64,000 bases of DNA from Thermodesulfobacteriota bacterium (lineage in GTDB: Bacteria; Desulfobacterota; Desulfobacteria; Desulfobacterales; SURF-7): the NCBI GenBank assembly GCA_049320885.1, contig JBMORA010000017.1:64001-128000 (forward strand), given 5' to 3'. Positions within the stretch are counted from its first letter, which is position 1. Every line of letters starts with the position of its first letter. Positions 18,736-27,916 of the stretch are shown one piece after another. The notes under the pieces were generated by a model, which was not told where the DNA came from, made no database searches, and saw nothing but the letters and a program-made list of their open reading frames with translations. A program made the translations under genes and the position numbers.

Positions 18736-19362
18736 CTACAGCAGGTTATTGTCATGCAGATTCATCAACAGGACCCGGCACATGGGCTCCAGCACCTCGG
18801 CGGCGGTTTTCGGATCCATGGTTTCGGAGGAAACCGACCAGATCAGTTTTTCCGTCGCGGCACTGTAGAGATTGGTCTCCAGGCGCACGAAAACATGCTC
18901 GCTGTAATAATCCGGGTAGTACACATAGGTGGTGACATAGGTATAGTAGGTACCGAAGCCGTAATAATAGCTTCGTGGAATCCACTGATCGCCGGAAGGA
19001 TCGTAGACTTCGTCCTTGTCCACCCCCAACAGATGGGTGACCATCACCGTATCCAGTCCCAACTCCAGGGCTTTGGCTTTCAGGGTTTCCTTGGTTATCT
19101 GTTGATCGAGGGGCATCACCGCCGAGCTGGCCACCGCCGCAACGCCTTCGTTTTTGAATTCCCTGACGAAGGTTTCTTCAAACAGTTTGCGTTTGGCCGG
19201 TTTGTCGAAAATGCCGACGATCAGGAGCTTTTTAACAGGACCGTCTTTGTATTCCGCGTCTTTGTAGACGGAATAGAGCTGGGTGGTGGTGGAACAGCCT
19301 GTGATGCCCGCAACCAACAGGAATACGGCCATCGCCAGCAGGAGGGTGAATCGGCTCAACAT
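18736..19362 (-). CDS. Lipoprotein, DUF4136-like
   Basis: Signal peptide with ITGC lipobox, Tyr-rich segment, LETNLY...KLIWS. Confidence 0.7.
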   Translation of the reverse strand: MLSRFTLLLAMAVFLLVAGITGCSTTTQLYSVYKDAEYKDGPVKKLLIVGIFDKPAKRKLFEETFVREFKNEGVAAVASSAVMPLDQQITKETLKAKALELGLDTVMVTHLLGVDKDEVYDPSGDQWIPRSYYYGFGTYYTYVTTYVYYPDYYSEHVFVRLETNLYSAATEKLIWSVSSETMDPKTAAEVLEPMCRVLLMNLHDNNLL

Positions 19363-19500
19363 GGGCAGGGTCCCCTGAAGTAAAAATGAATTTCAAGCAA
19401 ATCCGGAATATCCGGCGCGCCATCTTCCCGGGCCCGCCGTCTTCTGTGATCAGGAAGAAATTCTCTTGGTCTGACCACCGGTTATGCGTGATTATCCCCG

Positions 19501-19529
19501 CTTCTACAATAAACGCCTTACCCCGTCAA
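19501..19529 (-). promoter_or_regulatory. Putative sigma70 promoter for the leftward envelope cluster
   Basis: Minus strand TTGACG-17 nt-TAGAAG in the divergent intergenic region. Confidence 0.4.
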
Positions 19530-19718
19530 GAAATAGAATGGTGGTCTTAGCGGTTGTCAGAAACTCCCGGTTATAGTACAGAGTGCCGGTATGATCCGTG
19601 AGTGGCCCGGCGCTCCGATGCGGGACTGTATGGGATGTGGCCTGAACCGTTTCCCCCCGGCCGGGCGCGGACCTGATGAAATGGATATCAACCCCAGATC
19701 GAGGAGAGCATCACCAAA

Positions 19719-20249
19719 ATGACCAGAAAACATGCATTGTCGTCCATCGTTGCCGTTCTGTTGCTGTCGGCCTGTGCGTCGTTTCCCACCCGGGATATCC
19801 AGGTGGAAGCCCAGGCCGATCCCAAGGCCAATTTCAGCGGGTACAAAACCTATGCCTGGCTGGGGACGGCGGCCATCGTCAATGATCCCCACGGCCAATG
19901 GGAACCCCCCGCCTTTGACGCGGATGCGGAAATCAAATACCTGATCGATAGGGAACTGCGGGCACGCAACATGTCGGAAAGCACCACCAACCCGGATCTG
20001 ATCGTGGCCTTCGCCGCCGGTGTCGATATGGAGGCCCTGGGATTGAAAACCGACCCGGAGACTAAAATGACGCAGGTGACGAATGTTCCCCAGGGTTCCC
20101 TGGTCATCGCGCTGGTGGACAGTGAAACCGGCTTTGCCATCTGGCTTGGAGTGGCCTCGGCGGAGGTTCAGGACAATCCCGATGAGAAAACGGTGAAAGC
20201 GCGCCTGAACTACGCGGTGACCCGCTTGTTCCAGGAAATGCCCCGATAA
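19719..20249 (+). CDS. DUF4136 lipoprotein
   Basis: LSAC lipobox, ADPKANFSGYKTYAW, GSLVIALVD...IWLG. Confidence 0.85.
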   Translation: MTRKHALSSIVAVLLLSACASFPTRDIQVEAQADPKANFSGYKTYAWLGTAAIVNDPHGQWEPPAFDADAEIKYLIDRELRARNMSESTTNPDLIVAFAAGVDMEALGLKTDPETKMTQVTNVPQGSLVIALVDSETGFAIWLGVASAEVQDNPDEKTVKARLNYAVTRLFQEMPR

Positions 20250-20344
20250 CCATTGAAAAAAAGGATTCCCGGGGGGCGGGGGGCGACGCGCGCCGAAAGA
20301 ATTGTTCCCATCCCGCCACCCCGGAGGTTTCCGCTGCAAGCGCC

Positions 20345-21952
20345 ATGATGCCGAATTCCACTGCCCGTATCCGCAATCCGCTGTTGCTGCACCTTGCCCT
20401 GCTGATTGTTCTGGTCGTCGGGGCCCTTGTCGCGGCGACATTCTGGATCGGCAGGGAGCTCCGCGAAGAGGTGTTCACCCGGTTTGTCACCGTTGCAACG
20501 GAACAGGCCCGCAAAGAATTCCATGCCTGCTTTTCGCCCATGACCGACACGCTGGCCCTGGTGCGGGGCTGGGGCCGGGCCGGGGACCTGGATGTCACCG
20601 ACACGGTCGCCTTGAACGCCCGATTCATGCCATTCCTGGAAATGCATACGGACCTGTCGGCGATTTTGCTGGCCCGTTCGGACGGGGTCCTCTATTTCCT
20701 CCTGCACAACGGCGGCGAATGGCTTACGCGTTCCCAGACAGAGCCGCAGAACCCCGGCGCAGCCGTATGGCGCAGATGGAAAGGTCCCGGGGAAATCCTG
20801 GACGAGCGCCGGGCGGATGACGGCGTCGACCCCAGGCAGCGGCCCTGGTACCAGGGCGCTCTGGAGCAGGGGCAGGGGGGCGGCATCTTCTGGACATCCC
20901 CTTATGTGTTTCAAACCCTGCGGCAGCCGGGCGTCACCCTGGCCGTCAGCTGGAATGACGGGCATCACACCTACGTCGCCGCCTTTGACGTGCTGCTGGA
21001 TCGGATTGCCGAAGCGGTGCGCACCGTGGGGCAGCGCCAGGAGGACAAGGTGTTTCTGGTGACCGACCGATGGACCATTTTCGATGCGTCGGGGCGGCCG
21101 GCTGCCGGAAAGCAACCCGCCCCCGTGGAAGCGTATTTCCATTCGCCGGCCACCTATCCTGCGCCGGGGGTCGCGGCGGCGGTGGCTGCGTGGCAGCAGC
21201 GGGGCAGGCAGGCGGCCGCCGCGTTCCGCTACACCGCCCAAGGGGAGCCGTTCTGGGCCGGATTCCAGTCGCTGGGAGGGCCGGGCCGCCTGTGGCTGGG
21301 CTGCTGCCTGCCGGAGCGCGCGCTTTCGGAAAGCATGGGAAGTCGCCGCGGGCCGTATTTCGTGGCGGTGGGTCTGATCCTGGCGGGCGCCGGAGCCGCG
21401 GCCTGGATGCTGGTCCGCCGCCATAGCCGCCGCCTGCAGCAGATGCCGGCCAGGCTCCTGGAGGGGGCCGACCCGGTCCAGGCCGCCCTGGAAGTGATTC
21501 GTTCCGGGGAAAGCGACACCGTTGAATTCAAATCCACCATGCGCATGAACCTGCATACCGGCAAGCCCGGCAAGGAAATGGAACTGGCCTGGCTGAAAAC
21601 CGTGGCGGCGTTCCTGAATACCAGCGGCGGCATCCTGTTTTTCGGCGTCGGCGATGACGGCGCCGTCCTGGGCATGGAAGCGGACGGATTCCCCAGCGGG
21701 GACAAATGCCGCCTGCATTTCGAGAACCTGATCAGCCAGCACATCGGCATGGAGCATGCCCGCTCCCTCCGATTCACCATCCTGTCCATTGACGGAAAAT
21801 CGGTCGGAGCGGTCGCCTGCGAACGCTCGGACTCCCCGGTTTTTCTGAAAACCTCCAAGGAGGAGGCTTTTTACATCCGCTCCGGGCCGTCCAGCATTCA
21901 GCTGCCGGTCAGCAAGGTCCTGTCGTATTTGAAAAACCCTTCCAATTTTTGA
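20345..21952 (+). CDS. Membrane protein: TM-Cache-like periplasmic sensor-TM-Schlafen/AlbA_2 domain
   Basis: TM1 LLLHLALLIVLVVGALVAATFW; Cache-type DPRQRPWYQGA...FWTSPYVF...PGVTLA...FDVLL; TM2 YFVAVGLILAGAGAAAWMLV; AlbA_2 motifs GESDTVEFKST...KTVAAFLNTSGGILFFGVGDDG...FYIRSGPSS. Confidence 0.85.
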   Translation: MMPNSTARIRNPLLLHLALLIVLVVGALVAATFWIGRELREEVFTRFVTVATEQARKEFHACFSPMTDTLALVRGWGRAGDLDVTDTVALNARFMPFLEMHTDLSAILLARSDGVLYFLLHNGGEWLTRSQTEPQNPGAAVWRRWKGPGEILDERRADDGVDPRQRPWYQGALEQGQGGGIFWTSPYVFQTLRQPGVTLAVSWNDGHHTYVAAFDVLLDRIAEAVRTVGQRQEDKVFLVTDRWTIFDASGRPAAGKQPAPVEAYFHSPATYPAPGVAAAVAAWQQRGRQAAAAFRYTAQGEPFWAGFQSLGGPGRLWLGCCLPERALSESMGSRRGPYFVAVGLILAGAGAAAWMLVRRHSRRLQQMPARLLEGADPVQAALEVIRSGESDTVEFKSTMRMNLHTGKPGKEMELAWLKTVAAFLNTSGGILFFGVGDDGAVLGMEADGFPSGDKCRLHFENLISQHIGMEHARSLRFTILSIDGKSVGAVACERSDSPVFLKTSKEEAFYIRSGPSSIQLPVSKVLSYLKNPSNF

Positions 21953-22271
21953 TAATGGCAATGACTTCTCTGATATAGGCGCATTCGCATTCAGCGGGGC
22001 ATGATCGCAGCTCATCTTGGTACAGGCAGTATCCCGGGCATTTTTCCGTATGGGTTGCTTTCACCTGGAAAATCGGACCATCATAGAGGTCAACGAATTC
22101 CGAAGCGGGAATCGTCAACGTGCCTTTACAGGAATGGTTGAAGTAAAGAGAACCGGATTCGAGCCTTTTAAAATTCGCCTGATAACCGATTATGGTAATC
22201 ATGGGATCACGTAAAAACGTATCACGGCAATCCCATTCAAACCCGCAATTGTTGCATTTTTTGAATGGCAT
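21909..22271 (-). CDS. Small cysteine-rich hypothetical protein
   Basis: 120 aa with 9 Cys (CxxC at N-terminus, HxC, CPGYC, CxxxCxC); AGAGGA upstream. Confidence 0.7.
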   Translation of the reverse strand: MPFKKCNNCGFEWDCRDTFLRDPMITIIGYQANFKRLESGSLYFNHSCKGTLTIPASEFVDLYDGPIFQVKATHTEKCPGYCLYQDELRSCPAECECAYIREVIAIIKNWKGFSNTTGPC

Positions 22272-22325
22272 CCGGTTTTCCTCTTTTTTGATTCTTATGG
22301 TTTTGTCACGGATTCCCCTTCTTTC

Positions 22326-22733
22326 CTATGGCAGCATCGCCGGTTTCCGGTCGCTCCAGGGAAGGGCTCTCTCCAGCTGGGCCGCGAGCTGCAGGAGGGT
22401 GGCCTCGCCACCGAAACGGCCGAAGAATTGCACGCCGCAGGGCAGGCCGTCCGCGGTCCAGTGCAGGGGCACGGACATGGCGGGCTGACCGGTGATGTTG
22501 GCGATCATGGTCAGGGGCATCTGGCCCTTCATGGTATTGTGCAGCATCTCCTCCAGAATGGCATAAGTGATTTTCCGGCTGCCTGTCAGAATGCTGCCCA
22601 TCGGCGAAGAAAGGATCCTCATGGCCAGGCGGTCCGTCATTCCCGGTTTTTGGGAGCCCACCGTCACCGGCGGCCTTCCCAGGGTGGGGCAGAGGAGCAT
22701 GTCGAAGCGTTCATACTCGGAAAAAGCGCCCAT
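22326..22733 (-). pseudogene. C-terminal fragment of an amidase-signature family enzyme
   Basis: FDMLLCPT...[26 protein letters not shown]...[17 protein letters not shown] is the amidase C-terminus; only 135 aa, with no GGSSGG signature. Confidence 0.8.
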
Positions 22734-22954
22734 GGTTCCTCCTGGATGCGGTCAAGGTCGGTTTGATAACCTCTATATCCTGATTTTATTTGAAATTGCA
22801 ACCCCCTATTCCCCCGCCGGGAGAAAATTCCGGTCGGCTTCCGGGGATGAGCCGAAAAACTTTATTCATCTTTGACCTGTTTTTTCCGATTATATGATTA
22901 TGTTGGGGGTAAAGAGGTCCATGCATCAGAACCTTTGCAAAAGGAGGCGGACCC

Positions 22955-23398
22955 ATGCTGAGAAAATGGTTTTCCAAGCGGAAAAAAACGCCCGAATATC
23001 CGGATGAGATGAGTGATATCGCCAGGCGCATCGCCCCGGTCATCGACCGCATGGTCAGCGATCTTTTCCGGAACTATCTGGATTTTTTGATGACCCGTCC
23101 CCCCGGCTATATCGTCACGGCGGTCTGGGCCAACGAGGACAGTGTGGAAATGGATCCGGTCACCCGGGAGATCAGCCATATGGTGGGTCCGACCCTGCAA
23201 ACGGTTTTCTCGGTTCTGGACATGAAAAAACCGAGTCGTTCCCAGGTGTTCGGCATTTCCTATCTGGTCCGCGGTTTGATTATTTCCAAAGTTGCCTTTG
23301 TACTCGAGGCCCTGCGGAATCTGCCGATGAACATCCGGCCCAATGACGGCGAGTCCGCCCATGATTTGCGGAATATGCGTCCCATGGGCGCCGCCTAG
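22955..23398 (+). CDS. Hypothetical protein
   Basis: 147 aa; strong AGGAGG RBS; coding-like codon usage. Confidence 0.7.
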   Translation: MLRKWFSKRKKTPEYPDEMSDIARRIAPVIDRMVSDLFRNYLDFLMTRPPGYIVTAVWANEDSVEMDPVTREISHMVGPTLQTVFSVLDMKKPSRSQVFGISYLVRGLIISKVAFVLEALRNLPMNIRPNDGESAHDLRNMRPMGAA

Positions 23399-23433
23399 GA
23401 TCCGGGTGAAGGGTTTATTCCGATTGCCCGAGG

Positions 23434-23462
23434 TTGACACGCGGATTTTCATCTGATAGATT
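23434..23462 (+). promoter_or_regulatory. Sigma70-type promoter upstream of fecR-ompA-CHASE2
   Basis: TTGACA (23434-23439), 17 nt spacer, TGn-TAGATT extended -10. Confidence 0.6.
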
Positions 23463-23598
23463 CCATTGAAAATTCCGCGCTTCCATTTGTTTTCAAGACG
23501 CCCCGTCCGGGAGGACGGCCATGGGAAGCCGGTGCGGCTCCCATTTGCCGACGACCCGTCACCCTAGCCCAACCGCCAAGCGATCATCGGGAGGAACC

Positions 23599-24057
23599 AT
23601 GAAATACATTTCTCTTGTGGTGTTATCCGTTGTGTTGGCGTTGTGCCGCACCCCGGACGGCCGGGCTGAATCCGGATTCGTCGGCACGGTGAAGGCGGTC
23701 AAACCCGATGCGTTTCTCATCCGCCGGGGCATGACCATGACCGCCTCGGCCCATATGAAAATCATGATCGGCGACGTGGTCAGAACCGGAGCGAACGGGT
23801 CCGTGGGGTTCATTCTGAAAGACGATACCGTCATATCCATGGGGCCGGACAGTGAGATCGTCATCGATGATTTCGTTTTCGATCCGGCGGGTAAAAAGCT
23901 GTCCTTTATTGCCAGGCTGTACCACGGGACGGTGGCGTATATCTCCGGCCAGATCGCCAAATTATCCCCCGAATCCGTTCGATTCGAAACCCCGGTGGCG
24001 ACCATCGGCATGCGGGGGACGCGCTTTCTCGTCGCCATCGACAAGTCAACACCGTAA
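23599..24057 (+). CDS. FecR-domain secreted protein
   Basis: Signal peptide; GDVVRTGANGSV...DDTVISMGPDS...TPVATIGMRGTRF; GGAGGA RBS before ATG 23599. Confidence 0.9.
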   Translation: MKYISLVVLSVVLALCRTPDGRAESGFVGTVKAVKPDAFLIRRGMTMTASAHMKIMIGDVVRTGANGSVGFILKDDTVISMGPDSEIVIDDFVFDPAGKKLSFIARLYHGTVAYISGQIAKLSPESVRFETPVATIGMRGTRFLVAIDKSTP

Positions 24058-24123
24058 GCGGCCGGACGGCCAAACCGAAGCCGGAAACCGCGGGATTTCA
24101 CCCGCCATAAGGATGATGTTCCC

Positions 24124-24744
24124 ATGAAGACAAACCAGAACCGGTTGATGCGGCTGCTGTTCTTGCCGCTGTTGTTGCTGATGATGGGGCCCGCCGGATG
24201 CAGCCGCAAAAACATGGTTGTCCTGATGCCGGAAAAAGACGGTTCCAAATCGGGAATCGTGGTCTCCAACCAGGCCGGCAGTGTTGAAATCGATTCCCCC
24301 TATCACGCGACCCGGGTCCAGGGCGCCAATTCCCCACCAGATCCGGCGGCGGCCGTGGATCAACAGGAGATCCAGGCGGTTTTCGGTCAGGCCCTGGCCG
24401 TTCAACCGGAGCCTCCCGTCCATTTTATCCTGTATTTCGAAAGCGTTTCCACGACCCTCACCCCTGAGTCGTTGAAAACCTTGCCGACCATCGTCGAAAC
24501 CATCCACGCCAGGGATTCGGTGGATGTCGGCATCGTGGGACATACCGACACCGCCGGCGACAAGGACTACAACCGGCGCCTGTCCACCCGGCGGGCGGAG
24601 GCGGTGGGCCAATTGCTGGTGGAACGGGGTGTCAGGACGGAATGCCTGGAAATTTCCTCCCACGGCGAGGAAAATCCCATTGTCGTAACCGCGGACGATG
24701 TAAACGAACCCAGAAACCGCAGGGTGGAGGTGGTTGTCCGGTGA
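24124..24744 (+). CDS. OmpA-family (peptidoglycan-binding) lipoprotein
   Basis: AGC lipobox; GHTDTAG...YNRRLSTRRAEAV...HGEENP...NRRVEV. Confidence 0.93.
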   Translation: MKTNQNRLMRLLFLPLLLLMMGPAGCSRKNMVVLMPEKDGSKSGIVVSNQAGSVEIDSPYHATRVQGANSPPDPAAAVDQQEIQAVFGQALAVQPEPPVHFILYFESVSTTLTPESLKTLPTIVETIHARDSVDVGIVGHTDTAGDKDYNRRLSTRRAEAVGQLLVERGVRTECLEISSHGEENPIVVTADDVNEPRNRRVEVVVR

Positions 24745-24824
24745 ACCGCCCGTTCCCCTGATTCCAGAGCAGTCATGGCCGGTTCCTTACTTTTACAGGC
24801 GGCGGAAGTTTCTTCCATTCATGT

Positions 24825-27728
24825 ATGGTGCAAGCATCTTTTTCTCACATATCCGATCGAATGCTTTTGGGCCTTGGGTTGGCGTTGACCATCTTCCTGA
24901 TCGGGATATATCTGGCGAACCCCTTTTTCGTCCGTTTCTTCAACCATAGAATCACCGACGTCATGATGGCGTCTTCCCCACCGAAACCCGTTTCCGGAAA
25001 GGTGGTGGTGGTGGATATCGACGGGGAAAGCCTGGCCCGATACGGCCAGTGGCCCTGGTCCAGAGACCGCCTGGCGGAGCTGCTGGAAAAAATCAACGCA
25101 CACGGCGCTGCCAGCATCGCCCTGGACATGATCCTCGCGGAACCCGACAGGACTTCCCCGGTGGTGCGGCATGCCATCCGGCCGGAGGATGACGGCCGGA
25201 ATATGGGGCTGCCGTCCGGCCTTGCCGATCACGATGCGGCTCTGGCCAGGATCTTGGCCGGCGGTCCCTTTGTTCTCGGGTTCGAATTTCTGTTCGGCGA
25301 TGAAAGGGCCGGCGGGGCTTCCTGCCGGCTGCATCCGGTGAACGTGATCTGGGTGGACGATCCGGTCCCAGCGGATTCGTCGGCAGGGTTTTTCACCGCC
25401 GGGGATGTGGATTGCAGTCTCCACCGCCTGGCGGCCGCCGTAACCTATTCCGGATTCCTGAACGCCACACCCGATTCCGACGGCATTCTGCGACGGGCGC
25501 CGCTGCTGATCCGTTATGGAAACCGCCTGTTTCCTTGCCTGGCGCTGGCAAGCCTGCTGCGGTCCGAAGGCGCGGGTCAGATCCGGTACGGGACGGAACG
25601 ATACGGGCGGCGCTATGCGGGTTTGGCCCGTACCCGGATTCCCGTGGACCTGAAAGGGAACATGGCCGTCAATTTCGCCATCAGGACCGGCGATATCCGG
25701 CGGGTTTCGGCGGCGGACATTCTCGGCGGCGGTCTGGGAGCGGATGTCTGCAAGGGCAGGTTCGTTATTGTCGGTTTGTCGGCATCCGGTTTGAAACACA
25801 CCTACCAGACGCCCGTCAACCCTGTTTCCGCCCATGCGGACATCCATGCCCAGGTGTTGGAGACCATCCTGACGGATGCATTCATTGTCCGGGGGCAGGA
25901 TTTCGTCCTTTGGGAGTCGTTGTTCGGCATGGCCATTTCGGTATTGTTCAGCCTGTGCATCCTGAGACTCGGTTTCGCATGGAATGCGGCGATCGCCGTT
26001 GCGGCGGCAGCGGGTATCTGGCAGGGGGCCAACGCGGTCTTCCGGGACACCGGTTTTCTGTTTTCTCCCCTGTTGCCCCTGGCCGTGCTGCCGTTCGATT
26101 ATGCGGTTTTGACAATCGTCAAATACTGGAAAAGCCAGCTCGAAGCCAGGCGGACAACGGAAAATACGCTGGTGCTGCTGAAGGCGAGCGAGCAAAAACT
26201 GAACACCATCATCCAGACCATTCCGGATATCGTTTTCCTGCTGGACCCGGCGGGGCGGATCACTTTTGTCAGCCGGGCGATACGGAAATACGAGACCGAG
26301 CCCGGGGCGTTGATCGGTCAGCCCATTCTGGACCTGATCATCCCCGAGGACAGAACCAGGGCCGTGCACAAGATCACCGAACGGAGAACCGGGGTCAGGG
26401 CCACATCCGCCATGGAGCTGCGCATGGTATGGCGGGAACCCCGGAAGGGTGAGGCCGAATTCCGGTATTTCAGCGTATCGGCCGAGGGGGTGTACCGGGA
26501 AGAAAACAGCGGCAATCGCTTGTTCATCGGGACCCAGGGGATTGCCCGGGACATCACCGACCAGAAGAAGATCGAACACCAGCTCCAGCAGGCCCAGAAA
26601 ATGCAGACCATCGGAAACCTGGCCGCCGGTGTGGCCCATGATCTCAACAATGTCCTCGGGGGCCTGGTCACCTATCCGGAGCTGCTGCTGCTGGAACTGC
26701 CGCCGGACAGTCCCCTGCGCTCCAAAATCGCCCTCATCCAGAGGTCGGGCCAGAAGGCCGCCTCCATGGTGCAGGACCTGCTGACCCTGGCCAGGCGCGG
26801 CGTTTCCGTGGATGAAATCTTCCAGTTGAATACGGTTATCCGGGACTACCTGGCTTCACCGGAATTCGACGCCATCCGGCGCCACAATCCCAAGGTGCGG
26901 GTGGAAACCCGGCTTTCCGATGAACTCCTGAATGTCAAAGGCTCTCCGGTTCATCTGTCCAAGGTGCTGATGAACCTGATCCATAATTCCGTTGAGGCCA
27001 TGCCGGCGGGAGGGTGCATTTTACTTACCACCGACAATATCTATGTGGATGCCCCGGTGACCGCCTATGAAACCATTCCGGAAGGGGAGTATGTCCGTCT
27101 GGGCATCGCCGATGAGGGCGTCGGTATCGCCCGGGAGGATTTGAAACGGATATTCGATCCCTTTTATTCGAAAAAAGTCATGGGTAAAAGCGGAAGCGGT
27201 CTGGGAATGACCGTGGTGTGGGCCTCGGTAAAGGATCATGGCGGGTATATCGATCTCCAGAGCCGTGAAGGCGAGGGGACCCGGTTCGACATTTATCTGC
27301 CGGCGACCCGGCAGGCGGCCGGGGAAAAAAGCCGCCCCATCGTGCTGGAGGACTATGTCGGAACCGAATCGGTCCTGGTCATCGATGACATCCCCGAACA
27401 GCGCGAGATCGCCGCGAAATTTCTCGGCAAGCTCGGCTATCGGGTTGAAACCGCGCCCAGCGGCGAGACCGCCGTCGAGTATCTGAAGGGACATCCCGTT
27501 GATCTGCTGGTGCTGGACATGATCATGCCCGGGGGGATGGACGGCCTGGAAACCTACCGGAAGATCATCGCGAACCACCCGGGACAGAAAGCCATCATCA
27601 CCAGCGGCTATTCCGAATCCGGGCGCGTCAGGGAACTCCAGCAGCTGGGGGCCGGGGACTATGTCCAGAAACCCTATACGCTGGAGAAGATCGGAGTTGC
27701 GGTCCGGGGAGCCCTGGACAGACGGTAG
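24825..27728 (+). CDS. CHASE2-PAS hybrid sensor histidine kinase with receiver
   Basis: VVVDIDGESLARYGQWPWSR (CHASE2), PDSDGILRR, three TM segments, PAS, LAAGVAHDLNN, GSGLGM, C-terminal REC. Confidence 0.93.
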   Translation: MVQASFSHISDRMLLGLGLALTIFLIGIYLANPFFVRFFNHRITDVMMASSPPKPVSGKVVVVDIDGESLARYGQWPWSRDRLAELLEKINAHGAASIALDMILAEPDRTSPVVRHAIRPEDDGRNMGLPSGLADHDAALARILAGGPFVLGFEFLFGDERAGGASCRLHPVNVIWVDDPVPADSSAGFFTAGDVDCSLHRLAAAVTYSGFLNATPDSDGILRRAPLLIRYGNRLFPCLALASLLRSEGAGQIRYGTERYGRRYAGLARTRIPVDLKGNMAVNFAIRTGDIRRVSAADILGGGLGADVCKGRFVIVGLSASGLKHTYQTPVNPVSAHADIHAQVLETILTDAFIVRGQDFVLWESLFGMAISVLFSLCILRLGFAWNAAIAVAAAAGIWQGANAVFRDTGFLFSPLLPLAVLPFDYAVLTIVKYWKSQLEARRTTENTLVLLKASEQKLNTIIQTIPDIVFLLDPAGRITFVSRAIRKYETEPGALIGQPILDLIIPEDRTRAVHKITERRTGVRATSAMELRMVWREPRKGEAEFRYFSVSAEGVYREENSGNRLFIGTQGIARDITDQKKIEHQLQQAQKMQTIGNLAAGVAHDLNNVLGGLVTYPELLLLELPPDSPLRSKIALIQRSGQKAASMVQDLLTLARRGVSVDEIFQLNTVIRDYLASPEFDAIRRHNPKVRVETRLSDELLNVKGSPVHLSKVLMNLIHNSVEAMPAGGCILLTTDNIYVDAPVTAYETIPEGEYVRLGIADEGVGIAREDLKRIFDPFYSKKVMGKSGSGLGMTVVWASVKDHGGYIDLQSREGEGTRFDIYLPATRQAAGEKSRPIVLEDYVGTESVLVIDDIPEQREIAAKFLGKLGYRVETAPSGETAVEYLKGHPVDLLVLDMIMPGGMDGLETYRKIIANHPGQKAIITSGYSESGRVRELQQLGAGDYVQKPYTLEKIGVAVRGALDRR

Positions 27729-27916
27729 GGATGGGAGATGGGCCTGATGTTGAGACGATATCTTCTGGCTGGGAGAAAGGATTTCATCGGGGTCTCTTTT
27801 GTTGTATCTTGGTGGTAACATTGTGACAACGATTCAGGGGGGCATTGCATGATTGTAACGCTAACCAAGCATGGCAACAGCCTGGCGCTAAGGAGAACGG
27901 CTGAAAACGATACGGA

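Noticed and set aside
20261..20332. Possible riboswitch (GAAA-containing stem-loop)
   Set aside because: I could not match it to the consensus of c-di-GMP or any other riboswitch I know; kept only as a hairpin.
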